Positions 1-11,463 of a DNA stretch of 64,000 bases are shown here, piece by piece (the stretch's first letter is position 1; each line of letters opens with the position of its first letter). The stretch lies in the NCBI RefSeq assembly GCF_003991155.1, contig NZ_CP031293.1. One strand, written 5' to 3'. Made by a program: the position numbers and the translations under genes. The notes below the pieces were generated by a model. It ran no database searches and was not told the origin of the DNA. It saw nothing but the letters and a program-made list of their open reading frames with translations. Source of the DNA: Escherichia coli (GTDB taxonomy: Bacteria; Pseudomonadota; Gammaproteobacteria; Enterobacterales; Enterobacteriaceae).

Positions 1-71
1 GCAATATTACGGGGAGGTAAAGCCCCGTATCATCGCCATAACTCTTAAATCATAAAGGAGAGCATTTTTTG

Positions 72-1328
72 CTAAACGTTATCGTGGGGTGGCTGTTGCT
101 TCGGACGATTGACCATCATCATCGGCTTACCTGCTAATAACAGCCATGCCGGAAGCATGACGATACAGAGCAGCGGTAGCAATGTGGTATTGGGTACAAC
201 GACTGCCGCCATAAAAAGACTTAACCAGCCATCGCGTGTTACCACCAGCACGATGCCGAGAATAGCGCAGGAAACGGTTATTGCCGCTGGAACGGCGGGA
301 ACGTGCTCATGCAGCATCAACCCTAATGCCACCCCGACAAACACTGCCGGGAATATTCGCCCACCGCGAAAGCCACTGGCGGCAGCAACGACCAGGGCGG
401 CAAGTTTAATCACCGCCAGCAAAAAGTAATCGCTGGTGCTGAAAGCCTGATTTGCCACCATCTGCTGCATCTCATCCAGCCCTTTAAACAGCGAAACTGG
501 TCCACCCATTACCCCCAGAATACCGAGAATAAATCCGCCAATACCCAGCACGAGCACCGGATTTTTCATTTGATGCATCATCGCGTGCAACCGTGGTAAG
601 CACCATACGGCGACCATCCCTGCTGCGATGGCAATCGCCGCCACAATTGCACCGCTGAGAATATCGGTCATCTCCATCTGCCCATAATGCGCAATGGGCA
701 GTGAAAAATGAGGATGGAAAAACAATCCGGTGGTTAGCGCACCAGCCGCCGCCGCCATTAACGGCGCAAAGAGACGATCCCATAGTGGGACTTCACTACT
801 GCCATTTAAGGTTTGCGAAAATATCAACGCCGCCGCAACAGGTGTGCCAAACAGCGCGCCGATAGTTCCAGCAGAGGCTAAAATAGTCCACTCCATCCGG
901 TTGACGCGCGGTAACAGACGAGCACCTATCGCAACCGCAAGGGCGATATTGACGGTCATGATCGGATGTTCCGGCCCCAGGCTGACGCCGCCAGCAAGAC
1001 CGAGAATTAATGCTACGATAAGTCCTGGTAGCGCAGAGGGCGGAACCGGTGCGCCGATCAGCGGTTCACAGGCGGGGTCTGGTCCAGCATGCCCCTGGCT
1101 GAAACGGATAACCAACCCCACCGCAATACCTGTTAGCGTTAATATGGCGATGATCCAGAAAGGTGAATCCTGGGCTATCCCCAGAGTTCCCGGCAGTCGT
1201 AGCCAGAGCAAATTCTGTAATACCGAGGCGATTTTCATCACCACAATCAGAATAAGACTGGACGCAATCCCAATTGCCACGGCGGGGAGCGATAATAACA
1301 ACATGGTTCTGGCTCGCGGATGGAGCAT
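72..1328 (-). CDS. yfeO: ClC-family putative ion channel protein
   Basis: 418-aa polytopic hydrophobic ORF divergent from glk; length and position match K-12 yfeO (memory). Confidence 0.85.
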   Translation of the reverse strand: MLHPRARTMLLLSLPAVAIGIASSLILIVVMKIASVLQNLLWLRLPGTLGIAQDSPFWIIAILTLTGIAVGLVIRFSQGHAGPDPACEPLIGAPVPPSALPGLIVALILGLAGGVSLGPEHPIMTVNIALAVAIGARLLPRVNRMEWTILASAGTIGALFGTPVAAALIFSQTLNGSSEVPLWDRLFAPLMAAAAGALTTGLFFHPHFSLPIAHYGQMEMTDILSGAIVAAIAIAAGMVAVWCLPRLHAMMHQMKNPVLVLGIGGFILGILGVMGGPVSLFKGLDEMQQMVANQAFSTSDYFLLAVIKLAALVVAAASGFRGGRIFPAVFVGVALGLMLHEHVPAVPAAITVSCAILGIVLVVTRDGWLSLFMAAVVVPNTTLLPLLCIVMLPAWLLLAGKPMMMVNRPKQQPPHDNV

Positions 1329-1531
1329 GTTCTATTCCTTATGCGGGGTCAGATACTTAGTTTGCCCAGCTTGCAAAAAGGCATCGCTGCAATTGGTGCT
1401 GAAACGATAAAGTAATTGTGTGACCCAGATCGATATTTACAGGGAGCCTGCCTTTCCGGCGTTGTTGTTATGCCCCCAGGTATTTACAGTGTGAGAAAGA
1501 ATTATTTTGACTTTAGCGGAGCAGTTGAAGA

Positions 1532-2497
1532 ATGACAAAGTATGCATTAGTCGGTGATGTGGGCGGCACCAACGCACGTCTTGCTCTGTGTGATATTGCC
1601 AGTGGTGAAATCTCGCAGGCTAAGACCTATTCAGGGCTTGATTACCCCAGCCTCGAAGCGGTCATTCGCGTTTATCTTGAAGAACATAAGGTCGAGGTGA
1701 AAGACGGCTGTATTGCCATCGCTTGCCCAATTACCGGTGACTGGGTGGCAATGACCAACCATACCTGGGCGTTCTCAATTGCCGAAATGAAAAAGAATCT
1801 CGGTTTTAGCCATCTGGAAATTATCAACGATTTTACCGCTGTATCGATGGCGATCCCGATGCTGAAAAAAGAGCATCTGATTCAGTTTGGTGGCGCAGAA
1901 CCGGTAGAAGGTAAACCTATTGCGGTTTACGGTGCCGGAACGGGGCTAGGGGTTGCGCATCTGGTCCATGTCGATAAGCGTTGGGTAAGCTTGCCAGGCG
2001 AAGGCGGTCACGTTGATTTTGCGCCGAATAGTGAAGAAGAGGGCATTATCCTCGAAATACTGCGTGCAGAAATTGGTCATGTTTCGGCAGAGCGCGTGCT
2101 TTCTGGCCCTGGGCTGGTGAATTTGTATCGCGCAATTGTGAAAGCCGACAACCGCCTGCCAGAAAATCTCAAGCCAAAAGATATTACCGAACGCGCGCTG
2201 GCTGACAGTTGCACCGATTGCCGTCGCGCGTTGTCGCTGTTTTGCGTCATTATGGGCCGTTTTGGCGGCAATCTGGCGCTCAATCTCGGGACATTTGGCG
2301 GCGTGTTTATTGCGGGTGGTATCGTGCCGCGCTTCCTTGAGTTCTTCAAAGCCTCTGGTTTCCGTGCCGCATTTGAAGATAAAGGGCGCTTTAAAGAATA
2401 TGTCCATGATATTCCGGTGTATCTCATCGTCCATGACAATCCGGGCCTTCTTGGTTCCGGTGCACATTTACGCCAGACCTTAGGTCACATTCTCTAA
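1532..2497 (+). CDS. glk: glucokinase
   Basis: 321 aa; N-terminal [16 protein letters not shown]-binding motif; sequence recognised as E. coli Glk. Confidence 0.95.
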   Translation: MTKYALVGDVGGTNARLALCDIASGEISQAKTYSGLDYPSLEAVIRVYLEEHKVEVKDGCIAIACPITGDWVAMTNHTWAFSIAEMKKNLGFSHLEIINDFTAVSMAIPMLKKEHLIQFGGAEPVEGKPIAVYGAGTGLGVAHLVHVDKRWVSLPGEGGHVDFAPNSEEEGIILEILRAEIGHVSAERVLSGPGLVNLYRAIVKADNRLPENLKPKDITERALADSCTDCRRALSLFCVIMGRFGGNLALNLGTFGGVFIAGGIVPRFLEFFKASGFRAAFEDKGRFKEYVHDIPVYLIVHDNPGLLGSGAHLRQTLGHIL

Positions 2498-2510
2498 ATC
2501 CTTCCTGTTA

Positions 2511-2541
2511 TATCGGGAGGTAACTCTCCCGATAATCTTTT
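2511..2541 (+). terminator. rho-independent terminator of glk
   Basis: 9-bp stem TATCGGGAG/CTCCCGATA with 6-nt loop followed by ATCTTTT, 14 bp after glk stop. Confidence 0.6.
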
Positions 2542-2715
2542 AAATCATACAGTTAATTCAATTTTCCTTTGTGTCCCCTCACAAGGCCGACCTGCGTCAC
2601 ACTTCCGTACAGCGGGATTAATTCTCCAGTAAATGCATTATTTGTCTGGTAACGGCGATTTGTTTTGCACGTTCATAATTTCACTCGTCAACTATCACTG
2701 AACGAGGAATTAACG

Positions 2716-3042
2716 ATGAGTAAGAAACTGATTGCTTTATGTGCCTGCCCGATGGGTCTGGCTCACACCTTTATGGCAGCCCAGGCGCTGGAAGAAGCGG
2801 CGGTGGAAGCAGGCTATGAAGTGAAAATTGAAACTCAGGGCGCGGACGGCATCCAGAATCGCCTGACCGCGCAGGATATCGCCGAAGCGACCATCATCAT
2901 CCACTCCGTGGCGGTTACCCCGGAAGATAACGAACGTTTCGAATCACGCGACGTTTATGAAATCACTTTGCAGGACGCAATTAAAAACGCTGCGGGCATC
3001 ATCAAAGAAATCGAAGAGATGATTGCCTCTGAACAACAGTAA
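2716..3042 (+). CDS. fryB: PTS fructose-like enzyme IIB component
   Basis: 108 aa from ATG at 2716 (MSKKLIALCACPMGLAHTF, active-site Cys); track ORF starts earlier at 2665. Confidence 0.85.
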   Translation: MSKKLIALCACPMGLAHTFMAAQALEEAAVEAGYEVKIETQGADGIQNRLTAQDIAEATIIIHSVAVTPEDNERFESRDVYEITLQDAIKNAAGIIKEIEEMIASEQQ

Positions 3043-3063
3043 TATTCGACAGGGATAATTGTT

Positions 3064-4311
3064 ATGGCCATTAAAAAACGCAGTGCAACCGTTGTGCCTG
3101 GCGCATCCGGTGCGGCAGCGGCAGTTAAGAATCCGCAGGCCTCTAAAAGCAGCTTCTGGGGTGAACTCCCGCAGCATGTGATGTCAGGGATTTCACGCAT
3201 GGTGCCGACCTTAATTATGGGCGGTGTGATCCTCGCTTTCAGCCAGCTGATTGCTTATAGCTGGCTTAAAATTCCTGCTGATATCGGCATCATGGATGCT
3301 CTTAATAGCGGGAAATTCTCCGGTTTCGACCTCTCCTTACTGAAATTTGCCTGGTTATCGCAGTCCTTCGGCGGCGTGTTGTTTGGTTTTGCCATTCCGA
3401 TGTTTGCTGCATTTGTGGCTAACTCTATCGGTGGCAAACTGGCGTTCCCGGCTGGTTTTATCGGCGGGTTGATGTCTACCCAGCCGACGCAACTGCTGAA
3501 CTTCGATCCCAGCACGATGCAATGGGCGACCTCTTCGCCGGTGCCGTCCACCTTCATTGGTGCCCTGATTATTTCTATCGTTGCTGGTTACCTTGTGAAG
3601 TGGATGAACCAGAAAATCCAGTTACCGGATTTCCTGTTAGCGTTCAAAACCACATTTTTGCTACCGATTCTTTCCGCCATTTTTGTCATGCTGGCGATGT
3701 ACTACGTCATCACCCCCTTTGGTGGCTGGATCAACGGCGGTATCCGTACCGTGCTGACTGCCGCAGGTGAGAAGGGCGCGCTGATGTACGCGATGGGGAT
3801 CGCCGCGGCGACAGCAATCGACCTTGGTGGCCCGATCAACAAAGCAGCTGGTTTCGTTGCCTTCAGCTTTACCACTGACCACGTATTACCGGTTACCGCG
3901 CGTTCCATCGCTATTGTTATTCCGCCGATTGGTCTGGGTCTGGCGACCATTATCGACCGCCGTTTAACCGGCAAACGTCTGTTCAGTGCTCAGCTTTATC
4001 CGCAGGGTAAAACCGCCATGTTCCTGGCGTTTATGGGGATCAGTGAAGGTGCGATTCCGTTTGCACTGGAAAGTCCCATCACCGCCATTCCGTCCTATAT
4101 GGTTGGCGCGATTGTCGGCTCAACCGCTGCAGTCTGGCTGGGCGCAGTGCAATGGTTCCCGGAATCCGCTATCTGGGCATGGCCACTGGTCACTAACCTG
4201 GGCGTCTATATGGCGGGGATCGCGCTGGGAGCAGTCATTACTGCGCTGATGGTGGTGTTCCTGCGTCTGATGATGTTCCGCAAAGGCAAATTGTTAATCG
4301 ATAGCCTGTAA
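3064..4311 (+). CDS. fryC: PTS fructose-like enzyme IIC permease
   Basis: 415-aa polytopic membrane ORF following fryB; K-12 synteny. Confidence 0.9.
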   Translation: MAIKKRSATVVPGASGAAAAVKNPQASKSSFWGELPQHVMSGISRMVPTLIMGGVILAFSQLIAYSWLKIPADIGIMDALNSGKFSGFDLSLLKFAWLSQSFGGVLFGFAIPMFAAFVANSIGGKLAFPAGFIGGLMSTQPTQLLNFDPSTMQWATSSPVPSTFIGALIISIVAGYLVKWMNQKIQLPDFLLAFKTTFLLPILSAIFVMLAMYYVITPFGGWINGGIRTVLTAAGEKGALMYAMGIAAATAIDLGGPINKAAGFVAFSFTTDHVLPVTARSIAIVIPPIGLGLATIIDRRLTGKRLFSAQLYPQGKTAMFLAFMGISEGAIPFALESPITAIPSYMVGAIVGSTAAVWLGAVQWFPESAIWAWPLVTNLGVYMAGIALGAVITALMVVFLRLMMFRKGKLLIDSL

Positions 4312-4325
4312 GAAGGACAATCCTG

Positions 4326-5411
4326 ATGACATTACTCGTTTCGCTGCGCGACTGGCTTAAGGCGCAACAACTGGATGCAGTGCTTCTCTCCTCACGGCAG
4401 AACAAACAGCCGCATCTGGGGATCTCCACCGGATCAGGCTATGTGCTGATTAGCCGTGAAAGTGCGCACATTCTGGTGGACTCGCGCTATTACGCGGATG
4501 TCGAAGCCCGCACGCAAGGTTACCAGCTGCATTTGCTTGACGCGACGCACAAGCTTACAACCATCGCCAGGCAAATCATTGCCGATGAGCAGTTGCAAAC
4601 GCTCGGTTTTGAGGGCCAGCAGGTGAGTTGGGAAACCGCGCACCGCTGGCAGTCTGAACTCAATGCGAAACTGGTTAGCGCCACGCCGGATGTGCTGCGG
4701 CAAATCAAAACGCCAGAGGAGGTGGAGAAAATCCGCCTCGCCTGTGGGATTGCCGATCGCGGTGCTGAGCATATTCGCCGCTTTATTCAGGCGGGGATGA
4801 GCGAGCGCGAGATAGCCGCTGAACTGGAGTGGTTTATGCGCCAGCAGGGCGCAGAAAAAGCCTCTTTCGATACCATTGTCGCCAGCGGCTGGCGTGGGGC
4901 GCTGCCGCACGGCAAAGCCAGCGACAAGATTGTTGCAGCGGGCGAGTTTGTCACTCTTGATTTTGGTGCGCTGTATCAGGGGTACTGCTCTGATATGACG
5001 CGCACCTTGCTGGTGAATGGCGAAGGGGTAAGTGCCGAATCTCACCCGCTGTTTAACGTCTATCAGATTGTTTTGCAGGCACAGCTCGCGGCAATCTCCG
5101 CGATTCGCCCCGGCGTGCGCTGCCAGCAGGTTGACGACGCCGCGCGCCGGGTTATTACCGAGGCAGGTTTTAGCGACTATTTTTGTCATAACACCGGTCA
5201 TGCTATCGGCATTGAAGTCCATGAAGATCCGCGTTTTTCACCGCGGGACACCACGACGCTACAGCCAGGCATGTTACTGACCGTGGAGCCGGGGATTTAT
5301 TTGCCAGGGCAAGGGGGCGTGCGCATCGAAGATGTTGTGCTGGTCACCCCGCAAGGCGCAGAAGTGCTCTACGCCATGCCGAAAACAGTGTTGCTCACGG
5401 GAGAGGCATAA
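4326..5411 (+). CDS. ypdF: Xaa-Pro aminopeptidase (M24 family)
   Basis: 361 aa; His/Asp/Glu metal-ligand pattern of M24 peptidases ([14 protein letters not shown]); K-12 synteny. Confidence 0.9.
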   Translation: MTLLVSLRDWLKAQQLDAVLLSSRQNKQPHLGISTGSGYVLISRESAHILVDSRYYADVEARTQGYQLHLLDATHKLTTIARQIIADEQLQTLGFEGQQVSWETAHRWQSELNAKLVSATPDVLRQIKTPEEVEKIRLACGIADRGAEHIRRFIQAGMSEREIAAELEWFMRQQGAEKASFDTIVASGWRGALPHGKASDKIVAAGEFVTLDFGALYQGYCSDMTRTLLVNGEGVSAESHPLFNVYQIVLQAQLAAISAIRPGVRCQQVDDAARRVITEAGFSDYFCHNTGHAIGIEVHEDPRFSPRDTTTLQPGMLLTVEPGIYLPGQGGVRIEDVVLVTPQGAEVLYAMPKTVLLTGEA

Positions 5412-6448
5412 TGGATTTATCGTTATTAAAAGCGTTGAGCGAGGCAGATGCGATCGCCTCCTCGGAACAGGAAGTACGGCAGATCCTGCTGGAAGAAGCG
5501 GATCGCCTGCAAAAAGAAGTGCGATTTGACGGCCTGGGATCGGTGCTGATCCGCCTCAATGAATCGACAGGTCCGAAGGTGATGATCTGTGCGCATATGG
5601 ACGAAGTGGGATTTATGGTGCGCAGCATCTCCCGCGAAGGGGCGATCGATGTGTTGCCGGTTGGCAATGTACGCATGGCTGCCCGCCAGCTTCAGTCGGT
5701 GCGTATCACTACCCGTGAAGAGTGCAAAATTCCAGGCCTGCTTGACGGCGACCGGCAGGGGAATGACGTCAGCACCATGCGCGTGGACATTGGCGCGCGC
5801 TCGTGTGACGAAGTGATGCAGGCGGGAATTCGTCCAGGCGATCGCGTCACCTTTGATACCACTTTTCAGGTTCTCCCTCACCAGCGGGTAATGGGGAAAG
5901 CCTTTGATGACCGCCTCGGTTGCTATCTGCTGGTGACGTTACTGCGTGAGCTGCACGACGCCGAACTGCCTGCGGAAGTGTGGCTGGTGGCAAGTTCCAG
6001 CGAAGAGGTGGGATTACGCGGCGGGCAAACTGCCACCCGCGCGGTGTCGCCGGATGTCGCCATTGTGCTTGATACCGCCTGCTGGGCGAAAAACTTTGAT
6101 TATGGCGCGGCTAACCATCGCCAGATTGGTAACGGGCCGATGCTGGTGTTAAGCGACAAGTCGCTGATTGCGCCGCCAAAACTTACCGCGTGGATTGAAA
6201 CCGTGGCGGCAGAAATTGGCGTGCCGTTGCAGGCCGATATGTTCAGCAACGGCGGAACGGACGGCGGGGCGGTGCATTTAACCGGCACTGGCGTACCCAC
6301 AGTGGTGATGGGGCCAGCAACCCGCCACGGACATTGCGCCGCATCGATTGCCGACTGCCGCGACATTTTGCAGATGCAGCAGCTTTTATCTGCCCTTATT
6401 CAACGTCTTACCCGTGAGACGGTTGTTCAACTGACGGATTTCAGATGA
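5411..6448 (+). CDS. ypdE: M42-family aminopeptidase
   Basis: 345 aa; start overlaps ypdF stop; K-12 synteny. Confidence 0.9.
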   Translation: MDLSLLKALSEADAIASSEQEVRQILLEEADRLQKEVRFDGLGSVLIRLNESTGPKVMICAHMDEVGFMVRSISREGAIDVLPVGNVRMAARQLQSVRITTREECKIPGLLDGDRQGNDVSTMRVDIGARSCDEVMQAGIRPGDRVTFDTTFQVLPHQRVMGKAFDDRLGCYLLVTLLRELHDAELPAEVWLVASSSEEVGLRGGQTATRAVSPDVAIVLDTACWAKNFDYGAANHRQIGNGPMLVLSDKSLIAPPKLTAWIETVAAEIGVPLQADMFSNGGTDGGAVHLTGTGVPTVVMGPATRHGHCAASIADCRDILQMQQLLSALIQRLTRETVVQLTDFR

Positions 6449-6472
6449 TCTCCTGATTAACCCGGAGCGGTT

Positions 6473-8968
6473 ATGTTAACGATTCAATTTCTCTGTCCTT
6501 TGCCAAACGGTCTGCATGCTCGTCCGGCGTGGGAACTTAAAGAGCAGTGCAGCCAGTGGCAAAGTGAAGTCACCTTTATTAATCATCGCCAGAACGCCAG
6601 GGCTGATGCCAAAAGCTCGCTGGCGCTGATTGGCACCGGCACCCTATTTAATGACAGTTGCAGCCTGAACATTAGCGGCAGCGATGAAGAGCAGGCGCGA
6701 CGCGTGCTGGAAGAGTACATCCAGGTGCGCTTTATCGACAGTGACAGCGTCCAGCCGACGCAGGCAGAACTGACGGCGCATCCGCTGCCGCGTTCATTAA
6801 GCCGTCTGAATCCTGATTTACTGTACGGCAATGTGCTGGCAAGCGGCGTCGGCGTGGGTACACTGACCCTGTTACAAAGCGACAGCCTCGACAGTTATCG
6901 GGCAATCCCCGCCAGTGCGCAAGATTCCACCCGGCTGGAGTACAGCCTGGCAACGCTTGCCGAGCAACTGAACCAGCAGCTGCGTGAGCGTGACGGCGAA
7001 AGCAAAACTATCCTCAGCGCCCATTTGTCGCTGATTCAGGATGATGAATTTGCAGGCAATATCCGTCACCTGATGGCAGAACAGCATCAGGGACTGGGGG
7101 CGGCGATCATCAGCAATATGGAGCAGGTTTGCGCCAAACTATCTGCTTCTACCAGCGATTATCTGCGCGAGCGGGTCAGCGACATTCGCGATATCAGCGA
7201 ACAGTTGCTGCATATCACCTGGCCGGAACTGAAGCCGCGCAACAATCTGGTGCTTGAAAAACCGACCATTCTGGTGGCTGAAGATTTAACCCCAAGCCAG
7301 TTTTTGAGCCTCGATTTAAAAAATCTTGCGGGCATGATTCTGGAGAAAACCGGGCGCACCTCGCATACTCTGATTCTGACCCGTGCCTCGGCGATCCCGG
7401 TTCTTAGCGGCTTGCCGCTGGATGCGATCGCGCGCTATGCCGGGCAACCGGCAGTGCTTGACGCCCAGTGCGGCGTGCTGGCGATTAACCCGAATGACGC
7501 GGTGAGCGGTTATTATCAGGTCGCGCAGACGCTGGCGGATAAACGCCAAAAACAACAGGCGCAGGCCGCCGCGCAGCTGGCCTATTCCCGTGATAACAAG
7601 CGTATTGATATTGCGGCGAATATCGGCACCGCTCTGGAAGCGCCAGGCGCGTTTGCCAACGGCGCGGAAGGTGTCGGGCTGTTTCGTACCGAAATGCTCT
7701 ATATGGATCGCGACAGCGCGCCGGACGAGCAGGAGCAATTTGAAGCCTACCAGCAGGTGCTACTGGCGGCGGGCGACAAGCCGATTATCTTCCGCACGAT
7801 GGACATCGGCGGCGATAAAAGCATTCCTTATCTGAATATTCCCCAGGAAGAGAACCCGTTCCTCGGCTATCGCGCGGTACGTATTTACCCGGAATTTGCT
7901 GGCCTGTTTCGCACTCAACTGCGGGCCATTTTGCGCGCCGCCAGTTTCGGCAACGCCCAGTTGATGATCCCGATGGTTCACAGCCTCGATCAGATCTTAT
8001 GGGTGAAGGGCGAGATCCAAAAAGCGATCGTTGAGCTTAAGCGCGATGGCCTGCGTCATGCAGAGACGATTACGCTGGGTATCATGGTGGAAGTGCCGTC
8101 GGTGTGCTACATCATCGATCACTTCTGCGATGAGGTCGATTTCTTCAGTATCGGCTCCAACGATATGACCCAGTATCTGTATGCGGTCGATCGTAATAAC
8201 CCGCGCGTATCGCCGCTGTATAACCCGATTACGCCATCGTTCCTGCGCATGTTGCAGCAGATTGTTACCACTGCTCATCAGCGGGGTAAATGGGTAGGTA
8301 TTTGCGGTGAACTGGGCGGTGAAAGTCGTTATCTGCCGCTACTGCTTGGGCTGGGCCTGGACGAGCTGAGTATGAGTAGCCCGCGCATTCCGGCGGTGAA
8401 AAGCCAGCTTCGTCAACTGGATAGCGAGGCGTGTCGGGAACTGGCGCGTCAGGCATGTGAATGCCGCAGCGCGCAGGAGATTGAAGCGTTACTCACCGCC
8501 TTTACGCCGGAAGAAGACGTTCGCCCACTGCTGGCGCTGGAGAATATCTTTGTTGATCAGGACCTTAGTAATAAAGAGCAGGCGATCCAGTTCCTGTGCG
8601 GCAACCTTGGTGTGAACGGGCGTACTGAACATCCGTTTGAGCTGGAAGAAGATGTCTGGCAGCGGGAAGAGATTGTTACTACTGGCGTTGGTTTTGGCGT
8701 GGCGATCCCGCACACCAAATCTCAGTGGATCCGTCATTCCAGTATCAGCATTGCCCGGCTGGTGAAACCGGTTGACTGGCAGTCAGAAATGGGCGAAGTC
8801 GAACTGGTGATCATGCTGACACTGGGCGCTAACGAAGGGATGAATCATGTGAAAGTCTTCTCGCAGCTGGCGCGCAAACTGGTGAATAAAAACTTCCGCC
8901 AGTCGCTGTTCGCCGCGCAAGATGCACAAAGTATTCTGACGCTGCTGGAAACGGAATTAACCTTCTGA
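6473..8968 (+). CDS. fryA: PTS multiphosphoryl transfer protein (HPr-like, enzyme I-like and IIA-like domains)
   Basis: 831 aa; N-terminal HPr-like GLHARPA, central enzyme I domain, C-terminal IIA-Fru-like region. Confidence 0.9.
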   Translation: MLTIQFLCPLPNGLHARPAWELKEQCSQWQSEVTFINHRQNARADAKSSLALIGTGTLFNDSCSLNISGSDEEQARRVLEEYIQVRFIDSDSVQPTQAELTAHPLPRSLSRLNPDLLYGNVLASGVGVGTLTLLQSDSLDSYRAIPASAQDSTRLEYSLATLAEQLNQQLRERDGESKTILSAHLSLIQDDEFAGNIRHLMAEQHQGLGAAIISNMEQVCAKLSASTSDYLRERVSDIRDISEQLLHITWPELKPRNNLVLEKPTILVAEDLTPSQFLSLDLKNLAGMILEKTGRTSHTLILTRASAIPVLSGLPLDAIARYAGQPAVLDAQCGVLAINPNDAVSGYYQVAQTLADKRQKQQAQAAAQLAYSRDNKRIDIAANIGTALEAPGAFANGAEGVGLFRTEMLYMDRDSAPDEQEQFEAYQQVLLAAGDKPIIFRTMDIGGDKSIPYLNIPQEENPFLGYRAVRIYPEFAGLFRTQLRAILRAASFGNAQLMIPMVHSLDQILWVKGEIQKAIVELKRDGLRHAETITLGIMVEVPSVCYIIDHFCDEVDFFSIGSNDMTQYLYAVDRNNPRVSPLYNPITPSFLRMLQQIVTTAHQRGKWVGICGELGGESRYLPLLLGLGLDELSMSSPRIPAVKSQLRQLDSEACRELARQACECRSAQEIEALLTAFTPEEDVRPLLALENIFVDQDLSNKEQAIQFLCGNLGVNGRTEHPFELEEDVWQREEIVTTGVGFGVAIPHTKSQWIRHSSISIARLVKPVDWQSEMGEVELVIMLTLGANEGMNHVKVFSQLARKLVNKNFRQSLFAAQDAQSILTLLETELTF

Positions 8969-8970
8969 CG

Positions 8971-9828
8971 TTAGCCCTGAAAACGGGCGCTGTACTCTCC
9001 CGGCGTCAGGCCAAACTGACGCCGGAAGACGCGACAAAAATAGTCGCTGTCCGGAAAGCCGCAACGCTGCGCCACTTCATGAATCGACAGATGATATTTC
9101 TGCAAAATCATCCTCGCCTTCGCCATTCGCACCCAACGCACATATTCGATAAAACGCATTGTTCCATGCTGCGCAAACAGTTTTGACAGATGATTGGGCG
9201 TGATATTAAAAAACTGCGCCACGCTCTCACGGGTGAGCGGCTGGGCATAATTATCCTGAACCCAGTTACAAATGCTGTGATAGAGAAAATCGCCGCGCGG
9301 CTGCGAATTGCCCGGCGGCATATTCACCACGTTACGGCAAAGATGCAGCAAACTTAACACCAGTGGCTGAATGATATTCTGCTCCAGCGGCGAACGGCTA
9401 AGATGGGTGAGGGCGGTAAGTATCGCTTCACCTTCACCGCGTTGCAGGCTGGGAAGCTGGATCTGGCGGGCAGGATGCAACAACGACGTGGTGCGGCTAT
9501 CGTAAAACGATAACCCAAGCCAGGTCGGTGCGAACACCAGGCTTAACAGCATCACCGGTTTGTTGTTGATCGGTAAATTAGCCGCGCGCGCTGGAATAAA
9601 CAGCATTTCTCCTTCCACCATTCGCTGCTGCTTTGCTTCCAGCAGGTTGCCGTATTCGCCGCGCAGCACGATATCCAGACGGGGAAAATCAATACATAAA
9701 CTGCCCACCGGCAACGAGGCAGGCTGGCTGGCAAACCAGACGCGCCCCAGTAGTTGCGGGTTAAGCACCAGGCCGCTGAACAGATCGGCGAAAAATTGTT
9801 GATCGGCGGGCAAGCCTGGTGCTTTCAT
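8971..9828 (-). CDS. ypdC: AraC-family transcriptional regulator
   Basis: 285 aa with C-terminal AraC-type HTH; convergent with fryA with a 2-bp gap. Confidence 0.9.
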   Translation of the reverse strand: MKAPGLPADQQFFADLFSGLVLNPQLLGRVWFASQPASLPVGSLCIDFPRLDIVLRGEYGNLLEAKQQRMVEGEMLFIPARAANLPINNKPVMLLSLVFAPTWLGLSFYDSRTTSLLHPARQIQLPSLQRGEGEAILTALTHLSRSPLEQNIIQPLVLSLLHLCRNVVNMPPGNSQPRGDFLYHSICNWVQDNYAQPLTRESVAQFFNITPNHLSKLFAQHGTMRFIEYVRWVRMAKARMILQKYHLSIHEVAQRCGFPDSDYFCRVFRRQFGLTPGEYSARFQG

Positions 9829-9840
9829 GAAAGTTCCCGA

Positions 9841-10575
9841 TTAAAGATGCATTAACTGTCGGAATTCTTTAACTTTGCTGCGGCTGACCGGCACTTCAAA
9901 ATCCAGATCTTTCAGCCGCAGAATATAGGTGTTATTAAACCACGGTTCGATCTCGCGGATTTTGTTCAGATTGACACAAAATGAGCGATGGCAGCGGAAA
10001 AAATGCGACGGCGGCAACTTGCTGCAAAACTCGGTAATGTTCATCGGCATTACGTAGGATTCACGCCGCGTATAGACAAAGGTCATTTTCTCGTGCGCTT
10101 CGGCGTAATAGATATCGTTAATGGGCGTGACGATGATTCGCTCATCTTTCACCAGATTAATGGTGTCATTCTCACGCGTTACCGTCGCGGCAGGCGTACT
10201 GCTGGTCTGCTGTTGTTGCCAGGCTGCTTCCAGTTTTTGCAGCATCCCGGTAATGCGTGACTCCTGATACGGTTTGAGAATGTAGTCAAACGCCTCCAGT
10301 TCAAACGCTTCTACCGCATGTTCTTTCCACGCGGTGATAAACACAATAAACGGTTTATGGGCGAACTGGCTGATGTTTTGTGCCAGCAACACACCATCCA
10401 GCGACGGAATATTGATATCCAGAAAAATGGCGTCGACGCGGTTATGCTGCAAAAACTTCAACACGTCCAGACCGTCGTCAAAGGTGCCGACAATCTCCAT
10501 CTGGCTGTGCTCTTTAATTAGCCAGCTCAGTTCCTGTTGTGCCAGGAATTCGTCTTCAACAATGATGACTTTCAC
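9841..10575 (-). CDS. ypdB: LytTR-family response regulator
   Basis: 244 aa from GTG (VKVIIVEDE receiver start; C-terminal LytTR domain); track ORF begins at an upstream TTG. Confidence 0.85.
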   Translation of the reverse strand: MKVIIVEDEFLAQQELSWLIKEHSQMEIVGTFDDGLDVLKFLQHNRVDAIFLDINIPSLDGVLLAQNISQFAHKPFIVFITAWKEHAVEAFELEAFDYILKPYQESRITGMLQKLEAAWQQQQTSSTPAATVTRENDTINLVKDERIIVTPINDIYYAEAHEKMTFVYTRRESYVMPMNITEFCSKLPPSHFFRCHRSFCVNLNKIREIEPWFNNTYILRLKDLDFEVPVSRSKVKEFRQLMHL

Positions 10576-10589
10576 AATATCACTCCGGC

Positions 10590-11234
10590 TCAAAGCAATA
10601 ACGTAGCCTGTGAGGCGACTGGGGTGCGTTGGTTAGGAATGTAAAACGCAATTTCCGTTCCTGGTTCCAGGCGGCGGATATGCAGCCCCTCGCCATACAA
10701 TAACTTCACGCGATGATGGACATTCAGCAGGCCAATTTTATTGCCCGGCATTTCATTCGCTTCGACCCGCTCAATCACCTTTGGATCGATGCCGTGCCCG
10801 GTATCTCGCACCGCAATACGTACCCGATTACCGCACTCTGCAACGCTGATGGTGACAACGCCTTTACCTTTGCAAGGCTGGATACCGTGGACAATGGCGT
10901 TTTCCACCAACGGCTGGATCAGCAGGCTGGGAATGTAGCAATTCACCTCTTCATCAATATCATAGATAACCGTCAGCTTGTCGCCAAAGCGGGCCTGCTC
11001 AATGGCAATATAGTCTTTAATTTGATATAGCTCTTTTTTGATATCGATTTGCTCATCGTCTTTTAATTCAATGTTATAGCGCAGATAACGCGACAGATTA
11101 AAGATCAGCTGGCGAGCAGTATCCGGATTCAGACGGATTGACGATGAAATAGCGTTCAGAGCGTTAAACAGAAAATTAAAAGGGGATTGAAGGATAAATG
11201 GTGTATTAGCAATGCATCTCTTGATAATGCACAT
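10590..11234 (-). pseudogene. ypdA: truncated sensor histidine kinase; only the C-terminal HisKA/HATPase half remains
   Basis: 214-codon ORF carrying [12 protein letters not shown]-box region and HATPase motifs ([15 protein letters not shown]); K-12 YpdA is 565 aa (memory); only about 230 bp of non-coding AT-rich DNA separates it from alaC. Confidence 0.65.
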
Positions 11235-11463
11235 CTGCTTGGTAAATTTATTGAAATTATAATGTTAATAAAATGAGTGGTAATTTTCTTGTTAGCGCAG
11301 ATAAATTTCCTGTTTTTGAAGTGGAGTTCCTCATTTAAAGCCATTGATAAAAATGTTCTAAAACGCTGGACAGACAGAAATTAATCAGGCTATTTTCAAA
11401 ACAGCCACCATCGTGGCAGCGTCGCTCGGACGGTCCGGGCGCTAACGTTAATCTGAGGACATT

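Noticed and set aside
4434..5222. 262-aa minus-strand ORF antisense to ypdF
   Set aside because: Overlaps the conserved aminopeptidase gene on the opposite strand; no independent support.
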